Source: Takakia lepidozioides
Lineage: Eukaryota; Plantae; Bryophyta
Assembly (NCBI GenBank): GCA_030704615.1
Contig: CM060731.1
Coordinates: 62,868,001 to 62,932,000 of the forward strand
Reading direction: 5' to 3'
Length of the DNA: 64,000 bases
Shown here: positions 1 through 11,170 of the stretch, piece after piece
How positions within the stretch are numbered: the first letter of the stretch is position 1
How the letters are laid out: each line of letters starts with the position of its first letter
Notes under the pieces: generated by a model
Told to the model about the DNA's origin: nothing
What the model saw: only the letters and a program-made list of their open reading frames with translations
Database searches by the model: none
Translations under genes and position numbers: made by a program

Positions 1-2043
1 GTCATTAAAGCTTCAGGAGTGGGCCCCATCAGATTAGATCTGCAAAAATTAGGTCGAACTGCAAATTCAAAGTGACCCGATTCAGGTCGCTTGGGAACTT
101 AAGGGTTAAGGATTGATTCATTTGTTGCGAATTTTCAAGTTTATACTTTTCTTTTCATTTGGAATCTAGTTCATTTGGATTGAAAATATTTTGTATTTGT
201 TGTTGGTTTATATCTTTTCAGTCCTTCAGCATTTAGTGTTTCTTTATTTGAAGTATATTTTGCCCACCTCTTGGCATTAGCAGTTTGTTTCTTCATATTC
301 ATTTGAAGATTAAATTGATAATGATTGCATAGGTCTAGTTCTACACAAATTCTTGATAGAAACAATAGTTTCGATTAAAGAAAATGATGGTCTTGATAAA
401 AATGATGGTCTTGATATTGATATTTGCTTATTTTCAAGTCTGTTCTTAGTATGTCCTCTTTCTCTCTCTTCACAAGCATACAAGTTTGTTTGTTCAATGG
501 GAACTATGGGCATTAGTCCCGCAGTGTAATGCAATCAAATTCTATGATTTGACGGTGGAACAGAGATGTACTTCTTCTGACCCATCTCTTTCCACTGCAC
601 TATGAAGGATATCCCCGATGCATGTAGAAGACAGTCGAATCACATAAACCAAACAGCAACTCAAGGCAACTGAGGAGAGAGGGAGAGAGAGTCTCTAATT
701 GGAAGTGTCATGCCTGTTCCAAGATAGTGGATGTGGCTCCATTCCCCCACGACCCAGTGGTTAATTTGTGTCATGGGATCACGACAGAGCTGTTCAAGAT
801 GTTGAGAAGCACTTTGTTGATGCCATGGGAGGTAGGCGTCCTCGGTATGAGATCAGGGTTTTGGGGAGAGTAAAAACATGGAGGTTGACGGGGACCGGGA
901 TTCGAATGGGATGGTGGGAGACGACGATTTCGTAGGCATACTTCTTCAGACGAGGGGAAGACATTTGGATTCCAGTGGAGGCAAAACACAGATTCGATTG
1001 GTATTGCAGGGAGCAGACTTCCCAGTAGCCAAGGACAGCAACGAGGCTTGTATGATGAGGAGGAGCATGGGCACCAATTTGATGAATTTTGGCAGAATGC
1101 AGTTGTCCGGTGGTCTCCTGTATGAGAAAGTGGTCTGTAAGGTACTGGAGGAATTGAATGCAGAGAGTTTGTTAGCACTAGTCCAGCTGTAAAACCAGAG
1201 GGCCCATGATTTGGTTAGCCCAAGCCCAAGCAGGCCTGGACTCTGCCAGTTCTCCTTAATATACAAATTTTCCTTGTGTTTCTGGTTGTGGCAATTGTTC
1301 ACATTTGGGTGTCTGGAATGCACGGTCCTTGTAAACCTTTGCCAGTATTAAGATCGTTGCTTCCCAACTCTTCCTTGACAACAAATGCTGTCACACTGTC
1401 TAGCTGCCAGATTCTGTGAGAAACCTGAAGTAGTCCCAGTGCCCTACTTACTTCAGTAAGATTTTCACCAAGAGAGACTCTCCTGATTTCCAAGGATGTC
1501 CAATCACACATCATTGCAAGATGTCAAGCATTCAACATTTATTTGTGTCCAAATCACATATAACTAGCACTGCAAAATGCTTAGCTTGTCCCATTGTTCT
1601 CGGCCTCTTGGAATTACAGACAAAAGGTTTATAGGGAGTCAACATGAGGTTCAAATAACTTGCAGCTGTGCAGCACAAACAATATTGGACAGCTGCACAA
1701 GTTGACCCGCACGTTGTCTTCATAATTTTACTCCCATGGCTCAGATGTTGCTGAATGTGTGTACTCCAAACACAAGGATATCTGCCACTCTCGCATAACC
1801 TTTTTCCTGGCATTCCTAGATTCTCATATGGTGTATGCAGAAAATTCCTTGCATACAAAAGAAACTCTCTCAAACGTTAGGTCTGGCATGGGTCAGCTGA
1901 CAACACATGCAGGCCTTGAATTACCGCTCTAGTGGTCTCGTCTGATTTCTTGGGCGTTTTAGAGGTAAATTTTTTTGTAAGGAGCACGTGACTAGCTAAA
2001 CCTCGCGGACTTTTCCAGTTTTCTGGTTTATTGGTCTTCAACT

Positions 2044-2390
2044 TTACAGCTGTTCTGCATAGATGTTCGATAGAAGCACATAAGCTGCAGAGTATTGTGG
2101 ATCTATCTTGAGAATGCTTTTTGCTGCACGTTCTGCTGCCTCCACATAGCCATGAACTCTGCAGCCACCAAGTAAGGCCCTCCACACCCCAACATCTGGT
2201 TGGATTGGCATTTTAGTGATGAGGTCCTCTACCTCATCTACTCGCCCTGCACGGCCAAAAAGGCCTACCATGCAGCCAAAATGCTCGACTGTAGGCGTGA
2301 GGCCATGAGCTTCAGTCATGGAATCAAAGTAGTGATGGCCTTCATCCACAAGGCTTATCCTACAAGAGCTACTTTCAGCAGTTATGAGAC
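2044..2390 (-). pseudogene. PLS-class PPR gene fragment (last repeats plus E domain)
   Basis: Translation 'LVDEGHHYFDSMTEAHGLTPTVEHFGCMVGLFGRAGRVDEVEDLITKMPIQPDVGVWRALLGGCRVHG...YVLLSNIYA' is the typical L2/S2-E1-E2 region. There is no upstream PPR array, and it stops inside the E region. Confidence 0.85.
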
Positions 2391-3859
2391 CCTCCCAATT
2401 ATGAAACTTCCCCATGATGCAGATCCCTCTACTTCCCATTAAAGGCATGGGTCAAGCTACTACATATAACCTTTATAGTCCTAATAGCGATCAAATGAGC
2501 ACATGTAAATGGAAGTACGTCATTCTCACAGCGAAAAAACCCAGCCTAGGTGAGATATGGTAAGAGCATCCACATCTCCTCAACACGTGTGACAAGGAGG
2601 CAGGTAATGTGAGTAGTTCATTCCATGCTAAAATGAACCGCGCTAGAGTAGCAAGAAAGTAGAAGAACATGGAAGGGGAAGAAAAAAATGAAGAAGAAAC
2701 CGCCTAACTTCATCTTTATGGAAACTGCTGTTCTCTAGTTAGTGCCTCCATTAACGTGTTTGAACTAATTGCAGATGAGGCTAAACTTTCATTTAGGTTA
2801 TTAGGTTGCGGTTAAAAAATGGCACTCACACCAGTGCCTCGAAACAGACCTTGCTTTCCTGCTATTTGCATGACTGAGTGGGCCCCAGTCCCCACCATTA
2901 AAAGGGTGCAAATTGTCTCCAATGGGCCCACTGCTGTTCATGAGACCACACCTGTAAAGGCTGTAACTTGACAATCTTTTTAACGATGCATACCTAGTTT
3001 GCACTTCACCAATCCAGGTCCAAACCTTGCTGGGTTTTGCTCTTGATGTGCACCTCCTCCTCCTTTGGAAGGCCCAGTGCCTCCCTGAGAGAAATATGCC
3101 ACTTCTTCAACAAGCATCTAAAGTGACAAACTGGCAACTCCATTCACGAAGATTAAAGCATCATGTCTACCATTATTCCACACAAGTGTGATCTCTTGTG
3201 CGGCACCCTGAACTTGAATGTCAGACACTGCATCTACAACCCTGCCTCTTCCACCAGGGTGCATGCCAGGACAAGTTGAACAACCATACAACCAAAAATA
3301 CACTGACTGCCACAGCTCTTGAGAGAAACTTTCAAAACTAAGAAGAAGTCAGTTTCATTGATCTTCAAGCAATCATTACTCACACATTGCAAATCTTAAG
3401 AGGAGGGGACAAAAAAGAAACATGCCCTAGTTTGTAATAGTCAGTTCTGGAATATTAAGGGAAGTCAGGGCTGATGGGATTTTTCCCTGTTGGAATTATC
3501 AAACAAACCACTGACCTGAATTGTATCAGATTTTCGAAACAAATTGTGAAGCAGGGACAGAATCGGCAGAGGCCAGCTTGCCTTCCGCCAAGTCCCCATG
3601 CTAGGGTCTGAGACCATCCACATAAGAGCCAGCAGAGCAGCCACTCTCTCCACACGCCAACATCTGTCTCTGTTGCAGCCCTCTGGTTTCTGTCTTCAAC
3701 TTTTGTAAAGATAAATGTTCTGAAGCTGAATGAGTTAACATTGGACACCCTCACAATATGTATGGGTGTCTTGCGGAATCTTAAATAGAGGGACATGCTT
3801 CTGTCAAGCATCAGAAAGGTTTGATATATGCGTGCACAGTGTTGCGCGTTGTGACAACT

Positions 3860-3975
3860 TTGGCCACATTGACGACGATGACGAGGCTGACGACGACGAC
3901 GTGGATACGATGACGTGGCACTATGGCACCCTCTGCTAAACTAGTCTCCGACCTTACAGTCGTCGCTAGAATATC
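3860..3975 (-). repeat. Dispersed repeat with CCACGTCAT motifs (copy 1, probable TE end)
   Basis: The reverse complement (ttctagcgacgactgtaaggtcgg...tgccatagtgccacgtcatc...tcatcgtcgtcaat) aligns by eye with 17830-17985. Confidence 0.65.
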
Positions 3976-4890
3976 GAGTACATCCTTAGGGACTTTGGGA
4001 TTTCCTTCCACCAAATCATCATTCACTGCAAACAAGTTGGCTGCAAAACCTGCTCGCATAGCCAGTCCTTGAAAATTGTGCTCAAAAACCCGTAAAATCC
4101 CACATTGTTTCCACCCAAAGACAATCATCAGTATGCTCGGAAATTACTCTGGGAGGATACAACGTCTGTTTCTATGTGCGTGGATTTCAAAGCTTCATCA
4201 TTGTGAATGGTAACAGATCTGAATTTTCTCTCTCTCTAGTTGCTTTTGACACGGAATTAGTGATCCCACCTTTGAGGGTAGAGAGAATGCACTCAGAAGA
4301 CATTGAAATCCGATCCTCATCACCGCAACCTGTCAAGCTTCGGGAGGCTTCATTTCCACGAGGAGAAGGAGAGAAGAGATGAGCGAGGAGGAGGAGGAGG
4401 TACAACGGGGAGGTTTGGAAATTTCCTCCTCTAGCGGGCTAAATTTAATACGTGGGGGGGGGTTACGTGTTAAAAGGCAGGACAAATAGGCGAGATAGTT
4501 TGGTCGGATTCTGGGAAGTATTTGGATTGCCAAAGAGAGTATAGTAAAAGGCTTGATGGATGCCATGTAGTTTCCAGTATTGGTGTTTGCCCAAATTTTT
4601 ATGGGATTTTGTACACCCAGCATGGTTGGAGGAGAATGGGTAGAAGAGAGCTGAATTGGAAAACTCTCCCTTCGATGTTAGAGCAACCTCGTCATCCGGT
4701 AAGCGCGATTCTGAGATTTGAAAGGAGTAAGCTTGGATTATTCTGCTGAATCTGGGGAATCTCATCTTGGTTTCGTCAATTCTATGTGGTGAGGTGTTGG
4801 AAGGGGTAAGGAGTCAAATGGCGGGACTCATCGATCCATCGGCCAGGTGACATCTTTGAGCAAGAGGGTTTAGAGAAGAGGCAACCGAAT

Positions 4891-7800
4891 ATGTCAATCG
4901 GTAGAATTTCGGGTGTCGAAACATGGAGTGCTGTTGACAACGATAAATCGGCTCCTTTTGTCAAGCATCCGCCAATTTTCCGAATTCAGAGGACAAGACT
5001 GGGATGCAGGTTCATACTTCCTAGAAATTTGGTTCATCGGAACGTTGTTGGGTGGGACTGGATCTCTGCTTTGACAACTCTCAAACCATCGGTGACTAGC
5101 GACACCAAATTAGCTGTGTCTCTTAGGCAATGTTTCGCCATGACTTCTGTACTACATGGGCCAAGCCAAAACATTGGCTCGAGTCATTCTAGACATTATG
5201 CTTGCACCAGTTCCTGCAAGAAGATGAAGGTTCTTGCAGAGGCCGCTGCGGGAAACTCGTCAACGTTGGAGACTTCAGATGAGGCAAGTCTGACTGATGA
5301 AGGCAAGGATGTTGAGAAGCAGAAGAGAAGATTCTTGCAAGACGATGTGGGACCCAATCTAATTGTGCTGGAGGCTCAGGGGCGGGTGTGCACTGGTCCC
5401 ACACAATCGAAACCTCTGGACGAAGCTCAAGCTTTTAGGGTTCTTCATACGATTTTGCAGTCAGGTTTCATGTGCCTCATCCTGGACCTCTTCCTTGCTG
5501 TTACCAGTTCCACCACGCACCCAAATGTTAAATCTACAAAAATTTAAAGGACAAATTTCATTTTTTTGGTGCTCTCTTTGTCATCAGCACGCACCATTTC
5601 AAACCTGTTCAAATATACGGGGCTGGAGCAATTTGTGTGCGCATATGAACACAGAGAGATTGGATGTGGGCTTGAACAGAGGCGTCCAGGGGTTTAGGGT
5701 TTATGAGCTGACCCGTATCTAAGCACCAAGGAGCTCAATGCCCAATGTGGCGAGCCAAGGTAACATCTGAATTCAATTGTCAAGGTATCCTTTCATGCAT
5801 TTGCTGACCTGAATAGAACTTTGGGCTATGCAGCAAGAGGAGAGCTCCCTGTTAAAGACACAGTATCAAAGGCTCAAATGGGTGCATTTTTTGGAGCCAT
5901 GACGTTACGGGCCAATGCCTTCCCTCCCTCAACTCAATGGAGTGAGGGCGAACGCAAAGCAATGAATGAGCTCTGGCCCTCTCTGCGTCAAACCCTCTCC
6001 CCAGAGATTCTGTTTTTGGTTGATCCAGAAGGGACCATCATGGGTGGGGCATCTCCTCTGGGTCCCACGTTCTTGGGGGGAAGCCCCTCTGATGTGCGAT
6101 TAGTGGGTGCCTTGAGGGAAGTATTAGTCGGGGGGCATTTGGGCTTTGAAGAAGTGGCAATGATCTTGAGGGACATTATCCCTCTTCGGAGATCAAAAGG
6201 AGGTCTGAGAGAGGTGAGTGATGCCTTGCTTGCTGCACTTTTGATTTGCCAGCGCATGAATGGGGAGACCGACAGAGAGCTGAAGGCATACTGCATGGCT
6301 TTTGACGAGGAACTTGGTGAGTTGTCCTGTCTTGACTCTGTTTCTTCTGATTCTTTGAATGCCTCATCTTCACTGTCTCTCTCTCAAACTGTCATAAACC
6401 ATGCTGGGTATGGTTTATGGCCACAACCACAGACCAAATCTCTCTCTCTCAGGGTCTGCGGTGCCCCCAACCTAACTCAGATGTGTCATGGGGTGTGATT
6501 GCGCCCCTGGTCACAAGTGCAGAGTGAAAAGGATAGATGTCTCACATCTGTGATGGACTGGGACTAGAGCAGCATACCTCGTATCAACCTCATGCTCTCT
6601 ACTATAATGTCAATGTCAACATGTGCCGCATCAACTTGATTGTTCTCAGCTTTTTATAAGAACTAGATCAATTTCCCCTGTGCCCTCCTCGGCTGAAAAC
6701 CACATCCAGCTCTGAAGGTTTAATATGTATGCCATCAAAGGTGACTCTCTCTCTCTCAGGGCCCCCTATTATAAAGTTTCTCTCTCTCACTCCCTGTCCG
6801 TCTGTTTGCATAGACCCTCTTTTAAAGATTAAAAGCTCAGTCTTATGATGGCCTGAAGTCCTGCATTTGCATATCACTCATGTCCAGTGACTAAATTAGG
6901 TTCTGGCCTTCCAATTACTTCCAGAATTGACCCTAGTATTTGTACCCAAGGATGGAAGGGTTGTCTCTAGACGCTCAAACCAAGAAAGAAGGGTGCAGTA
7001 AGCAATTTCTTGATGCCTTTGATGAGAGTATTTTCCTTGGATGAATACTGAGTAAAGTGTACTCATAAGACGATGTTTGCCATAGCCTTGTGGCCATAGA
7101 CCCCGCACCCAGTTTGGGTGGAAGAAAAATAGTCAGTAAGAGCATAGTAAGTAAGAGAAAGAAAGCATCAGCATGGGGATATCACTTAGTGACAAATGGT
7201 GTGAGTATTGATGTTGCATATGAATTTCTTGTGTGTAGGTTCTCCACCTCTTGCCGACGTGAGATCACTAACCCACTATGGAGAGCCCTATGATGGGAAC
7301 ACACGCTTTTTCCGGAGCACTCTTTTTGTGGCAGCAGTGCGTGCCAGCTATGGGGAAAGTTGCCTTCTGCATGGTGTTGACTGGATGCCTCCTAAAGTAG
7401 GACTCTGTTGCCTGTCTTTTCTGGCTTTTTGTGGATTTACCCTCTCTCTACTTCATTTTCTGTTCCTTCCAATCTGCACTTAGGGTCTACAGCTATGAGG
7501 CTATGAAGGTGTTACATTCTTTCTCTGTGTCTCAGTCTGTCTTATGAATACATTCTGTCTCTCTCACATGCACAGTACTCATAAGACGTTGTTTGCCGTA
7601 GCCTTGTGGCCATTGACCCCGCGCCCAGTTTGAGCGGGAACAAAAGGGACAGAACCTACCTCTGTCAGGGGCTGACGTTGGTAGTAAGACTTACCTCCAT
7701 ATAAAGAATTAATCCGGGTTTTCCAGATATCCTCTAGAAATCCCTTCACACAAGCATCAATCTGCTGTGTGTGATTTGCCCAAAAACTAGGCCTCAGGAG

Positions 7801-10800
7801 GGCCTGGGCTTTTGGCTCAGCCTCGAGACTTTCAAAGTTGGTAAACAGGGGTACAGGCACAATTCCCTTAATAGATTTGAAGAGAGCGTCTCTTTGGTGA
7901 GAGAACCCCGGACAGTGTATCAGAAAATGAATACTGTCTTCAGATTGCCCACACAACGGGCAATTGCACTCTCCCTTTCCTCTCTGCTTCTGTTTGCTGT
8001 TCAAAGGTAGGCTTCCTGCCCTGAGTTTAAATTTCAGTCTAGTGCCGAGAGTGGGTAGACCCTTGAGGTCTCTCACATGCACAGTGATAGGTGGGTAGTA
8101 ATTGTTAGGGCACCTGGTGAATGGTGTAGGGAGGTGTGACTGAGGAGCAGATGCTGCAGCATATGGGGGCTGCAACCACACTCTTACCTGGCTCAGCAGT
8201 CAAACTTCTTGAGGTTTGAATTTCCCAAATCAGAGACTCAGGACAAAGCTTGGTCAAAGCAATCATCTCTGTTTGCAGCTGGGGGAACCATGTAGCACAC
8301 TGTCTATAGGCTGCACTGGATTTGAAGCTGGGACCACCTGCACTGGATCCCAATACCCTAATCATTGGAAGCTTGTGACCTTAGAGATTTCGGAAAAGGG
8401 GCTGACTGTGAAGTGATTCGTTGATAGGAGTCTATGGTCTTGGTTCACAGGACAAGGAGGTTGGGTTTGCCTACATCAGCCAGCAAGAGGCCCGACCATC
8501 TGTGTATGCTCTTACTCCCTTCTTCCTAAGCAAGTAAAATGACAAAACATGGAGATGTAGGGTAGCCAGATTCAAGGGAGACCCAGAACACCGCCATACA
8601 TGCAAATAGGGCAGAGAAGACATGATCAGAGAAGCTCAGGTTAAGTTTTGCATAGTTATGTGTGAGGAAGTGATCTTGCCATAGTATTCATGTAGTCACA
8701 TTAGTCGAATTTCCAGCCCTTCTCTTTCTGTGCCCCTACACAGAGCTGTGGCCCTTCTTGGGTCTGAACTCTAGGGGTAACTATTCACATAAAAATCCAA
8801 GGAACTTTCTTGATAATGGGAAGGTGAGATTCATCCCCTTCTTCTTAAGGCACTACGAAAGCGAGTCTCCTGTTAAGACCCCTTCCACTGCCCGGTCTCC
8901 TTCCCTTTTGTGCTTTCTGCAACTGGGAGTGGGGTGTCCAAGTATAAGGCTATTGCAAGAAAAGTATATGAGTACATCGTCTCTCTGACAGTTGCTGCAA
9001 AGTGAATTAACTTGTGATCCATGGAGTTAAGCCTCACCCTAGAATGCTGAATTCCATGTTGATTACCTCTGCTCCAGACGATTGCAGCACCAAAGGCGAG
9101 AGAACTTTTCAGCTTTATAGAATTGCCGTTTCCTCACTTGCTCAAGGGGTTTGAATCCCTCTGCATGTGAATTGGAAATTTCAATGGTACTGCATGTGCA
9201 TATGTTCAGGTACTCTTTGGTGAATTTGAGAGAGCATATTAAGAAGAGGCCATCCATTGCAACCACTGAGAAAGTGCAGCGCTATATTCAAGTATGCCCA
9301 GTCTTGTTTCATGCCCTGGACTTGAAAGTTGGCAAATGTTTCACCGCTTTGGGTATGTAGAACTTGGGGGCCATAAGAAACAAGAATCAATTTGCATGTT
9401 AAAGAACTTATCTCCTGGAGCTTCAGAGTGTTCAGATTCCAAGTTGTGTCGATGTCTGCCAGAATATCTTTCTCAGACTCCTTGTTTGGGTGTGTAGGCC
9501 TCAGGTCGGGAAGCAATGATGGCTAGTTTCTACCATGCAGGTTACGAGGAGCCTCTTCTGATGCTCATTCGCAGAAGAGGGGTAGATGCTGGCCTGGTCA
9601 TTAAGGTCATTCTCTCTTCGGACATCGTTCGATGTCTTTGATCTCTCTCTCTCCTGCTCTCTTTTCAGAGGCCATGGCCACAAGGCTACGGCAAACAACG
9701 TCTGATGAGTACATTCTCTTTTCAGAGACAAGACTACGGCAAAGAAGTCTTATGAGTACATTCTTTTCAGAGATTCTTCATACTTGGCAGGGGCCTTCAG
9801 CTATAAGGATTGAAGTTCTATCAGGAGTATTTTGTCGGACATTTGAAATACAAACTTGTCCGCTAAATTTGAAAGAGATGGTATGATGCAGGGTGAAGAA
9901 GGAGCCTTGTCTCTCACAACGAAGGACCGCTCACCGGAAGCTGTAGTGAAGGGGAGGCCTGTAAACTACTGTGCAGGCTTCCGGCCACAAAAGGTTTCAA
10001 ACTTGCAAAATGGACACCCTGAGGGTGAGCTTTGGCAATTGTGACCGAATTATCTTGATGTCATTCGATATAGGTATATGGTTGTAGTTCAAATATGGTG
10101 GGCATTGGATTTGTATCTGCAACGTTGTCCGAACCCAGCTGGATCCAAGGCACCTGACCAGATCACTGGCATTGTCATTCAAAAGATAAACAACATAGTG
10201 ATTTCACAACTGAATTTGTGCTCTCTATCTTACAGCAAAGCCCAATCAATATTGTGTTCGCGAATGTTGGTGTATGGCTTAGAGGTCTAGAAACATTTGT
10301 TGATTTTCAATCTAACATTTGTGGCACATTTATATACCAAACCACTTATGTGGTGAGATTGCAGGCCTTTTGCGCGAAGCTTTCAGTATGGAAGTGAGGG
10401 CTGGAGATTATGGCTTTGTCCCAACTTCCACTCCAAGGACAGATCGATCGGTAAACTGTTAAGACCTTGGAGATACTTAGCAGGGAAAAGTAAGATAAAT
10501 TATGAACCACGTTAGAATTTGTCGTTTACAGTAATGTCAGAGGAGAGAGCAAATAGAAATAAAATGGTGCTTTATAACATCCTTGGAAAGCTCAGAAAGA
10601 AAAACTTTTGATTTTCTGGAGAGAAGTGTCGTAACTGTTCCATGTTACTTGGGTTTGCATTGTTCACCGAGGTTGTTTTGAAAGCTTAGAATCGACATCT
10701 TGCTGTAAAAAGAATCTCTTGCACTGTATCAAGTACAGATGCTACACATTTGGCTGTGCTCGGGGGGGGTAGGTATTGGGGTGTGTGGGAGGGGGAGTGG

Positions 10801-11170
10801 GGGGAAGGATAGAGAGAAAGGACTTTGAGACACTTACATTCACGGGCCCCAAAGGCCTTTGGGACGAACTAGAACAACAAGAAAGAGCAATTTTTTAATA
10901 GAAAGGAGGAAGATTCCAGGCCTTAAGACTTTCAAGAACATGCAGGTGGAGAAGAATGTCCAGCTGGGTTTGGGGGCACTCAAGGGTGAGAAAGGCCCTG
11001 CATATGATCGTATCGTGCTGAATGCAGCCATAGCCGACCACTTGCTTGGATGCGATGGTGCGGAAGACCCTGTAGTGGCAATACAGAGATCTAGGGAAGC
11101 TATCGATAGTGGCAGGGCTTTGAAGGCCTTGTTAAGGTACATTGATTACAGCCATCACGTAGGATCCTAA
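4891..11170 (+). CDS. Anthranilate phosphoribosyltransferase-like / glycosyltransferase family 3 protein (Arabidopsis AT1G70570-type), 10 exons
   Basis: Exons read with GT-AG borders: ~4891-5464, 5834-6316, 7239-7396, 8130-8213, 8451-8503, 9210-9291, 9498-9605, 9892-10024, 10365-10450, 10946-11170. Recognised blocks: LEAQGRVCTGPTQ, THYGEPYDGNTRFFRSTLFVAAVR, LREHIKKRP, GEKGPAYDRIVLNA. The start codon and the putative transit peptide are uncertain. Confidence 0.88.
7059..7124 (-). mobile_element. Short 3'-end copy of the same LINE (intron 2)
   Basis: gtactcataagacgatgtttgccatagccttgtggccatagaccccgc matches the start of the 7575-7635 copy. Confidence 0.8.
7577..8068 (-). mobile_element. 5'-truncated LINE (ORF2 C-terminal CCHC zinc finger) in intron 3, with a 17-bp TSD
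   Basis: Encodes 'KFKLRAGSLPLN...CPLCGQSEDSIHFLIHCPGF', a LINE C-terminal zinc finger. It is flanked by the direct repeat tctctcacatgcacagt at 7560-7576 and 8069-8085. Confidence 0.85.
8790..8975 (+). mobile_element. Diverged 3'-end copy of the same LINE (intron 5)
   Basis: aactgggagtggggtg...aaggctattgcaagaaaagtatatgagtac resembles the family 3' end aaactgggcgcgggg...aaggctacggcaaacaacgtcttatgagtac. The 5' border is approximate. Confidence 0.55.
9671..9759 (+). mobile_element. Two tandem ~30-40 bp LINE 3' ends separated by a repeated target sequence (intron 7)
   Basis: ggccacaaggctacggcaaacaacgtctgatgagtac and acaagactacggcaaagaagtcttatgagtac. The sequence tctcttttcagag occurs at 9658-9670 and 9715-9727, and a near copy at 9761-9772. 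Confidence 0.8.

Noticed and set aside
771-1514. Overlapping ORFs on both strands
   Set aside because: No recognisable motif, and there are stops in adjacent frames, so they cannot be assigned.
9658-9772. CRISPR-like repeat-spacer pattern
   Set aside because: It lies in a eukaryotic intron, the repeats are 13 bp, and the spacers are LINE 3' ends. Target-site duplication explains it.
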